Source: an uncultured Anaerolineales bacterium (GTDB lineage: Bacteria; Chloroflexota; Anaerolineae; UBA1429). Taken from it: 51,584 nt of DNA. Each line of letters opens with the position of its first letter. Position 1 is the stretch's first letter. Location of the stretch: positions 8,881 through 60,464 of the forward strand of contig CAZYPJ010000001.1 in assembly GCA_964649365.1 (NCBI GenBank), written 5' to 3'. Shown here in pieces: positions 45,323 through 51,584 of the stretch. The notes under the pieces were generated by a model that made no database searches, was not told the DNA's origin, and saw only the letters and a list, made by a program, of their open reading frames with translations. Made by a program: the position numbers and the translations under genes.

Positions 45323-46479
45323 CGGCGCCTCCCCGTCAGATCGAACGACTCGCGATAGGCGTCGTGGGTTTGGCGCGCGGTCTCGATCCAAGAAAATTGT
45401 CGCGCGTGGCGCAAGCCTGCTGCGGCCAACTCACGGCGGGCGGCGCCGTCTTGCGCCAGGTAAACCAGCGCCTCGGTCAACGCGCCCACATCGGTGGGGG
45501 GGACGGCTAACCCGCCCGGCCCGGCTACCTCTTCCAGCGAACTGCCCTGGCCAACAATGGCCGGCGCGCCGCATGAGATCGCTTCGAGCACGGGCAGCCC
45601 GAATCCTTCATAGTATGAGGGAAAGACGAATGCCAATGCGCCGGCGTAGAGTGCGGGCTTGTCTTCCTCGGCTACCCAGCCGGTATAGTGTACAGAGTCA
45701 TCCAAACCCAAGCTGTGGCTCAACGGGCGTGGATCGGGTGCAAAGGTTGTGTCGCTAGATGGCAACTTGCCCGCGATCACCAGCCTGATGTCGCCCAAAC
45801 GAGGGCGCGCCTGGGCATAGGCACGCAGCAGGCCGGTCACATTCTTGCGGCAATCGAACCCGCCCAGATAGAGGAAATAGGGCGCGCGCACACCCAAGCG
45901 GTCGAGTGTGGATTGATATTGATTGGGCGGTAGAGGCGCATAGCGTTCCTCGGCGGCAAGATAGATCACGCGCACGCGCTCTGCTGGGATGCGCAGAATG
46001 CGCTCGATGTCGCGCGCCGACGCTTGCGAGTCAGTGAGAACGAGTGTGGCTCGTCGGGCTGCCGCGGAAACCAGCCGCATATAGCCTTGCACCATTTTGG
46101 AGCCGCGATAATCGGGCAGCAGCAGTGGGATCAGATCGTGGATGGTGACCACCGTCGGCGCAGAGGGCCATAACGGTGAAGCAAAATATGGTGCGTGAGC
46201 CACGTCCACACTCCATTTTGCGCAAGCGCGAGAGTAGGCTACCTGCTCAAACCAAACCTTAGCCATGTTCTCGTTGATGCGGTCGAACGGCGTGGATAAA
46301 ACACGACATACGCCGTACACCGCGTTGTTATCTGAGGCGGCGCGCGCCCAGGATGGCGCGCACAGTATATATTCGTCTTGAGAGGCTACGCTTGGCAGCG
46401 TGCGCCACAAATGATGCAAATACTGCCCGCTGCCGGTAGTCTCCTGGCCCCAAAAGGCGCCGTTGATGCCGATTCTCAT
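45319..46479 (-). CDS. Glycosyltransferase family 4 (GT-B, retaining, cytoplasmic)
   Basis: 386 aa. Shows MRIGINGAFWGQETTGSGQY and the EX7E region FVFPSYYEGFGLPVLEAISCGAPAIVG. Confidence 0.9.
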   Translation of the reverse strand: MRIGINGAFWGQETTGSGQYLHHLWRTLPSVASQDEYILCAPSWARAASDNNAVYGVCRVLSTPFDRINENMAKVWFEQVAYSRACAKWSVDVAHAPYFASPLWPSAPTVVTIHDLIPLLLPDYRGSKMVQGYMRLVSAAARRATLVLTDSQASARDIERILRIPAERVRVIYLAAEERYAPLPPNQYQSTLDRLGVRAPYFLYLGGFDCRKNVTGLLRAYAQARPRLGDIRLVIAGKLPSSDTTFAPDPRPLSHSLGLDDSVHYTGWVAEEDKPALYAGALAFVFPSYYEGFGLPVLEAISCGAPAIVGQGSSLEEVAGPGGLAVPPTDVGALTEALVYLAQDGAARRELAAAGLRHARQFSWIETARQTHDAYRESFDLTGRRR

Positions 46480-46575
46480 TGCGTTTTCCTATGCTTCATT
46501 ACATGCGACCTTTCGGGTCATCAGAGGCAATGGTAGCTTAAGCGCCCGAAAAAGGCAATCTGGCTTCTTTGGTGG

Positions 46576-46605
46576 TTCACGGCTAGGGATAGGGTGTGGT
46601 ACAAT
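46576..46605 (+). promoter_or_regulatory. TG-extended -10 promoter candidate for the lipoprotein-hydrogenase gene string
   Basis: TGgTACAAT (46597-46605) with a weak -35 TTCACG (46576-46581, 18-bp spacer). A second TGtTATCAT sits at 46621-46629. Confidence 0.25.
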
Positions 46606-46650
46606 GCGGCTGTGCGAACGTGTTATCATCTCACCATTCATCGAGGCGCT

Positions 46651-47661
46651 ATGGCTCGAACCCGTTCACTCTATTTGGCGCTGATCTGTCTTGTGGCAGC
46701 CTGGATGTTGGCTGGCTGTTTGCCCTCTGTGGTTCACACCGAGCACGAGTACATCCTGCTGCGCACCGCGGATGACAAGCTGGTCAGCGCGCCCGATGAC
46801 GATCCCTTGTACGAACAGTTCGACCGCGAGGTGTTGAGCGACCCATACTTGCGCCATCTGCTGATGGTGTTCGAACACACCACCGAGGCGTTCCTAGCTA
46901 CCAACACCCGCACGCGCTATCCCCAGACTGTGGCCAACCGCCCAATGATTGTGCTCGATAGCACCCAGCCGGGCGTATTGCGCAACGTGCGCGCCGATTT
47001 CGATGGGACGCCCATGCGCATCGAGTTGGCGTTGGGTTTGGGGCGCGAGGGGACGATGGATATGGTCGCCGCGCGCGACCATATGGCTTTAGCGATGGCT
47101 TCGCTGACGATGGAGTTGATGGGCGTCGAATCGGCGACGGCGATATGGCCGACTGCGGATGAGGTCGTTGCGCCCGACCTGGCGTTCGAGCGTGGCCTGC
47201 AAATCGCTTTCGAGGTCATGCGCGCCGCGCGCGACCCCAATTTGCTGCGCTCCGCCAAACAATTTGATGGCAATTCAGCGGCGGACGACCGCCTGGCTTG
47301 GTATGGGTTCGTGCCGAGCAATGGCTATCGCTATCGCTTTGCCGACGGTCAGCCCACTGCCGCGCTGCGCTCACCCGATGAAGCGCTATGCACGCCCGGC
47401 GTGACCGCCGCCTTCTTCTACCGGTTAATGCAGCGCAGCGACGACTATTATCCGCAGCGTTTTATGCTTTGGTTCGTCAATTACGACGCCGACGAAATCG
47501 CTGAGGCCAAGATCGTGTTGCCCTTACGTTACTTGGCAAGGGGCGATGTTTCAATGCGCGCCTTTATCAAAAGTTATATTGAGACCTACCCGGCAGACAA
47601 GGAGCGTGTGCTTGCCCTGGCCAACGAGACCTTTGGGGCCAGCGATTGGCTTGCGCCCTAG
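46651..47661 (+). CDS. Hypothetical lipoprotein (no family recognised)
   Basis: 336 aa from ATG 46651. The signal with lipobox is MARTRSLYLALICLVAAWMLAGC. The track ORF starts at 46594. Confidence 0.6.
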   Translation: MARTRSLYLALICLVAAWMLAGCLPSVVHTEHEYILLRTADDKLVSAPDDDPLYEQFDREVLSDPYLRHLLMVFEHTTEAFLATNTRTRYPQTVANRPMIVLDSTQPGVLRNVRADFDGTPMRIELALGLGREGTMDMVAARDHMALAMASLTMELMGVESATAIWPTADEVVAPDLAFERGLQIAFEVMRAARDPNLLRSAKQFDGNSAADDRLAWYGFVPSNGYRYRFADGQPTAALRSPDEALCTPGVTAAFFYRLMQRSDDYYPQRFMLWFVNYDADEIAEAKIVLPLRYLARGDVSMRAFIKSYIETYPADKERVLALANETFGASDWLAP

Positions 47662-47680
47662 CGTCAACGTAGGAGGAATA

Positions 47681-48526
47681 GTGAACGCGACGACGAGTTT
47701 TGCAGTGTTGCAACTTTCGGGCTGCGCGGGTTGTGAGGTGTCGCTGCTCAACGCCGAGGATTGGATCGGGCGGCGCAGCCTACGCTATATGCCGTTGGTG
47801 ATATCGAGCGAAGATTTTCCCGAAGTGGATACGCTGCTCGTCACCGGCGCCGTGCGCACCGATGAGGATCTCTATCGTTTGCGGCAAGCGGCCAGCCGCG
47901 CTAGGGAGTTGATTGCTGTGGGCACCTGCGCCATCTCGGGTGGGGTGGCCAACTTGGGCGACCGCGACGAGGTGCGCGCTATGTTCTTTGCCGATATGGA
48001 GCGCCGCCATGTGCCCCGTCTGTTGCCCAAGCTGCACCCAGTGGACGCCATTGTGCCGGTGACGCGCTACCTTCCCGGTTGTCCGCCCACGCCTCATCTA
48101 TTCATGGCGGCGTTGTTCAACCCGGATGACTTTCAAGCTGCCAAGACGGTGTGCATCGAATGTGGTCGTAAAAAGACGCGCGACCGCCCCCCGCACCTGT
48201 TGGGCTTTCAGAGCGGGCGGGTAGATCCCGAGACGTGTTTGATTAACCAAGGCTATCTGTGCATTGGCTCTTCTACGCGCGGCGGCTGCGGCGCGCCTTG
48301 CACCCGCGCAGGCCACCCATGCGTGGGCTGTCGCGGCCCTTCCGAGGGGTTTATCTCGCGCTCGTCGCGAGAGTGGTTCGCTGCTATCCGCAAGGTATTC
48401 GAGCGGATGACCGCTGTTCCCTCGGAAGAGCTGGATGAAGCGCTGCGCTCGCCGCAGTTGGCGCTGTTCATCTTTCAGTTCTCTGATTATGCCGCCATCC
48501 CCCGCGATGTAAAGAAGGTGCTTTGA
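47681..48526 (+). CDS. [NiFe]-hydrogenase small (FeS) subunit, cytosolic group-3-like (no Tat signal)
   Basis: 281 aa. GTG 47681 has AGGAGG (47671-47676) 4 nt upstream. The proximal-cluster cysteines are in QLSGCAGCEVS, GTCAISGG and YLPGCPP. A further 8 Cys sit in CIECG...CLINQGYLCIG...GGCGAPC...PCVGC for the medial and distal clusters. The track start 47546 overlaps the upstream gene. Confidence 0.85.
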   Translation: MNATTSFAVLQLSGCAGCEVSLLNAEDWIGRRSLRYMPLVISSEDFPEVDTLLVTGAVRTDEDLYRLRQAASRARELIAVGTCAISGGVANLGDRDEVRAMFFADMERRHVPRLLPKLHPVDAIVPVTRYLPGCPPTPHLFMAALFNPDDFQAAKTVCIECGRKKTRDRPPHLLGFQSGRVDPETCLINQGYLCIGSSTRGGCGAPCTRAGHPCVGCRGPSEGFISRSSREWFAAIRKVFERMTAVPSEELDEALRSPQLALFIFQFSDYAAIPRDVKKVL

Positions 48527-49827
48527 TGGCCACGCTTACCATTCCGCTCAGCCGCATCGAAGGGCACGCCCAGGTCACCATCACCTTTCACGGCCATGAA
48601 GTTCTCTCCGCTCACTTTCAGGCCACCGAGTTGCGCGGGTTCGAGTATTTCGTGCAAGGGTCGCGGGCCGAGGATTTGCCCGTCATTGTGCCGCGCATTT
48701 GTGGGGTGTGTTCCACGGCGCACCACATCGCCGCCGTCAAGGCGTTGGAGCACGCCTTTGGCGTGACCCCGCCTCCGAAAGCGGTGCGCATTCGCGAGCT
48801 GATGATGCTGGGGCAATTGATCCAAAACCAGGCCACCTCGCTCTTTGTGTTCACCATGCCTGACTTGCCGGGCCGCGAGGGGTTGCCCAGTATGTTTCAC
48901 TTTGGGGCCGAAGACGCTGCGCTCGCGCCCAGGGCGTTGCAAGTGCGCCGCGCTGGCACCGAGTTGATCGCCCTGGCGGGGGGCCAGTTCATTCATCCCG
49001 TCAAGGCGGTCGTCGGTGGGGTGACTTCGGGCGTGGCCGCCGAGGCGGCCCGCGCCATGCGCGCTCGGCTACAAGAGGCGTTGCCGTTGGCCCAAGAGTT
49101 GTTCGAGCGCTACTGGACGCTGTTTGTGGGCCTCAAAGATCGCATTGGCACTTTGGGCGACGATAATCCTACCTACTATCTGGCTGCGGTCGAGCCGCAT
49201 CATGCCTATTATGGCAACCGCATCGGCGTGTTAGCACCCGACGGCGTGGAAGAAGCTTCGTTTCCGGCCTGCGACTATACTCGCTACCTCACCGAGTCGC
49301 CGGTCGAGACCAGCTATTCCAACGGTACCCTGTTCAAAGGCCAGATGCTGCGGGCCAATTCGCTGGCTCGGCTCAATATGCTGCCCGTATTGGGAACCCC
49401 TCTGGCCGACCGTTACATGGCTCGCTTTCGCGGCGAGTTCGGCTACCCTGCGCACGCCATTCTGCTGTTCGATCTGGCGCGCGGCGTCGAGTTGGTCTAT
49501 TGCCTCGAACGCGCCCTGGAATTGCTGGAGGAAAACCTTGACGGCGACGACCTGCGCGTGGCTTATACGCCACGTGATGGCGAGGGCTGCGGCTTGGTTG
49601 AAGCGCCGCGCGGCCCGCTGATCCACCATTACGCCATCGCCGATGGCCTGGTGCGCAGCGCCAAGTTCATCATCCCCACGCAGCACAACATTCTGGCCAT
49701 CGAGCGCGCCCTGCTGGTGGCGGCGCGGCGCTATATCACTGCGCAGGGCATCAGCCTCGAACTCGAGCGCGCTGTGGGGCGCGTGGTGCGCGCTTTCGAT
49801 CCGTGCATCGCGTGTGCGACACACTGA
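48526..49827 (+). CDS. [NiFe]-hydrogenase large subunit, group-3-like, ending at the DPCxxCxxH histidine
   Basis: 433 aa. ATG 48526 overlaps the small-subunit TGA by 1 nt. Shows N-terminal SRIEGHAQV and the L1 motif RICGVCSTAHH. The C-terminal DPCIACATH (49798-49824) is followed immediately by TGA 49825-49827. Confidence 0.9.
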   Translation: MATLTIPLSRIEGHAQVTITFHGHEVLSAHFQATELRGFEYFVQGSRAEDLPVIVPRICGVCSTAHHIAAVKALEHAFGVTPPPKAVRIRELMMLGQLIQNQATSLFVFTMPDLPGREGLPSMFHFGAEDAALAPRALQVRRAGTELIALAGGQFIHPVKAVVGGVTSGVAAEAARAMRARLQEALPLAQELFERYWTLFVGLKDRIGTLGDDNPTYYLAAVEPHHAYYGNRIGVLAPDGVEEASFPACDYTRYLTESPVETSYSNGTLFKGQMLRANSLARLNMLPVLGTPLADRYMARFRGEFGYPAHAILLFDLARGVELVYCLERALELLEENLDGDDLRVAYTPRDGEGCGLVEAPRGPLIHHYAIADGLVRSAKFIIPTQHNILAIERALLVAARRYITAQGISLELERAVGRVVRAFDPCIACATH

Positions 49828-49866
49828 TATCTGCAACATCATCATATTACATTGGAGGATGATCAT

Positions 49867-50649
49867 ATGCGTCTGAAAGACCGGGTTGCAATCGTAACCG
49901 GAGGGGGGCGCGGCATCGGTCGGGCCATCGTCAAGCGATTCGCTGCTGAAGGGGCCAGTGTGCTCATCGCGCAGCGTGATGTAGCCAGCGCCGAGGCGAC
50001 TTTGCAGGATGTGCGGGTGGCGGGCGGCGTAGCGGCTTTTACGCCGACAGATGTCTCGCAGCGCGACTCAGTCGAACATATGGCAGCCGAGGCTGTGCGC
50101 CTATTCGGGCGCATAGACATCCTGGTGAGCAACGCCGCCAAGCTCGGCCTCAATGGTCACTTCTTGGAGGTGCCACAAGAGAATTGGGATGAAGTCATTG
50201 CTACCAACCTGACAGGGTGCTTTATGTGCGGCCAGGTCGTGGCGCGCGTGATGGCGCGGCAAAAGAGCGGCTCTATCTTGAATGTCTCGTCTATCAATGG
50301 CATTTTGCCCTTGCCTCATTGCGCCGCCTACGCCTCGGCCAAAGGCGGGGTCAACCTTCTCACTTTGAGCATGGCCATTGATCTGGCTGCCTATGGCATC
50401 CGCGTCAACGCGATCATCCCGGGGCCGATCCAATCGCGCGAAGATGAGGATGCCGCCCCTCGCCCGACCAAAGCTACGCTGATGGGTAGAGTGGGTTTGA
50501 CGAGAGAGGTTGCCTCGGCGGCTCTTTTCCTGGCTTCCGATGAAGCCAGTTTCATCACGGGACAATCTATCACTGTGGATGGCGGCAACATCATCAATGC
50601 TTATGGCCTGTACGACTCGGAGCAGTTGCGCCCCAAGCTGGGCGCATAG
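49867..50649 (+). CDS. Short-chain dehydrogenase/reductase (FabG-like SDR)
   Basis: ATG 49867 has GGAGGA upstream. The cofactor motif is VTGGGRGIGRA and the catalytic motif is YASAK, with NAA upstream. Confidence 0.9.
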   Translation: MRLKDRVAIVTGGGRGIGRAIVKRFAAEGASVLIAQRDVASAEATLQDVRVAGGVAAFTPTDVSQRDSVEHMAAEAVRLFGRIDILVSNAAKLGLNGHFLEVPQENWDEVIATNLTGCFMCGQVVARVMARQKSGSILNVSSINGILPLPHCAAYASAKGGVNLLTLSMAIDLAAYGIRVNAIIPGPIQSREDEDAAPRPTKATLMGRVGLTREVASAALFLASDEASFITGQSITVDGGNIINAYGLYDSEQLRPKLGA

Positions 50650-50679
50650 CGATCGCTAACTCGTTCAGAGGAGGGCGTC

Positions 50680-51584
50680 ATGACAGTTGCAAAAAGAAGA
50701 GTGGGCATCTATCTTGGGGCCAGCGACATCTTGGAGAACCCAGGCTACTTGGAAACATTGCGCGAACGTTTGGGTCTGAACATGGTCATCATCAGCTTTT
50801 GCGGCCAATTATCCGAGGCGGTGCTCAAATTCAACCCCTACGATGGCCAGCCGCCGACGGACGATTGCGTGCGTTCGCTGATCTGCCGACGTATTGATGG
50901 CAAGCTGTGCAGCGAGGATTTCTCCAGCGCATATCGTTCGACCGGGCCGAGCGTGGGTCGGCACAGCGCCGCCGACGAACGCCTGATGCGCCGCGCGATT
51001 GACGAGGCGCATCGGGTGGGTCTGGAGGTCTGGCTACTCAGCGAGGCCTGGGCGGCGGGCGATTGGGCCGAACTGATGTATTGCCCCAGCAACCCAAAAG
51101 TGAACCGGTGGTACGAGGCGGTCTATACCCACATTGCGACCCACTATGGCGTCGAGGGCCTCGATATTACCCATGCGCGCTACCCGATGACCAGCCATCC
51201 GCGCGCGATGTTCATCTGCGGCTGCGACGAATGCGCCAAGACAGCTGCCGCGATGGGCTATGATATGGCGCAGATGAAGGCCGATATTTGGGATGCGCTC
51301 AAACGCCTGCGCGAGGCCGATGGCAAGCGCCTGGCAGTGGTTTGCGCCGAGGGGATGGGACCTTTTGACTATATGCAGTTGTTGGGGATGAAAGAGGGCA
51401 TTATCCAGTGGTTCAAGTTTCGGGCTAACGTCCTGGCCGATCAATTCGCGCGCTTTCATACCGCCGTTCACGCGGCGGCGGGCGAGCAGTTTATCTTTGG
51501 AACGGACACTTATCCCGCTTCACTCTCGATCTACGCTGGCCATAATCACGCTCGCTGGAACGAGTTTTCCGACTTTGCCAGTCC
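50680..51584 (+). CDS. 5' part of an unannotated gene (at least 301 aa, runs off the window); possible TIM-barrel glycoside-hydrolase-like protein
   Basis: Not in the supplied ORF track because it has no stop. ATG 50680 has GAGGAGGG upstream. I translated all 301 codons by hand and found no stop: MTVAKRRVGIYLGASDILENPGYLETLRERLGLNMVIISF...GVEGLDITHARYPMTSHPRAMFICGCDECAK... The GLDITHARYP segment resembles the DxxxRYP segment of GHL10-type barrels (weak). Confidence 0.55.
   Translation, partial: MTVAKRRVGIYLGASDILENPGYLETLRERLGLNMVIISFCGQLSEAVLKFNPYDGQPPTDDCVRSLICRRIDGKLCSEDFSSAYRSTGPSVGRHSAADERLMRRAIDEAHRVGLEVWLLSEAWAAGDWAELMYCPSNPKVNRWYEAVYTHIATHYGVEGLDITHARYPMTSHPRAMFICGCDECAKTAAAMGYDMAQMKADIWDALKRLREADGKRLAVVCAEGMGPFDYMQLLGMKEGIIQWFKFRANVLADQFARFHTAVHAAAGEQFIFGTDTYPASLSIYAGHNHARWNEFSDFAS

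Overview
High-GC bacterial chromosomal segment. Hand-counted 60-nt lines give about 62-68% GC in most genes. I found about 40 protein genes and no rRNA, tRNA, CRISPR array, transposase or integrase. The protein repertoire points to a filamentous Chloroflexota-like organism, by inference only: an LVIVD propeller, a DUF11/beta-helix giant adhesin, Pro/Thr linkers, several GT-C glycosyltransferases and TG-extended -10 promoters. Housekeeping blocks are ligA plus a DExH/DUF1998 helicase; a heterodimeric ABC exporter; an Fpg-like gene plus pdxA; and a tightly packed minus-strand operon plsC-ybeY-iorA-iorB-rph-HD-LysM. Four accessory blocks look most interesting. (1) Three tandem phage-tail-collar (MdpB-like) paralogues are chained to a GNAT, a 102-aa unknown and a 2374-aa secreted beta-helix adhesin, with no other phage genes nearby. 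(2) A glycosylation island holds three different GT-C membrane glycosyltransferases plus a GT4, surrounding a secreted Pro/Thr-linker protein. (3) A two-gene cytosolic [NiFe]-hydrogenase has a large subunit that ends exactly at the DPCxxCxxH histidine and has no diaphorase partner genes. (4) A lower-GC islet (about 50%) carries a 20-repeat LVIVD propeller gene, whose signal-peptide segment is cut off by two in-frame stops, plus a DUF4160/DUF2442 pair. All family names come from motif recognition by eye. No searches were run.
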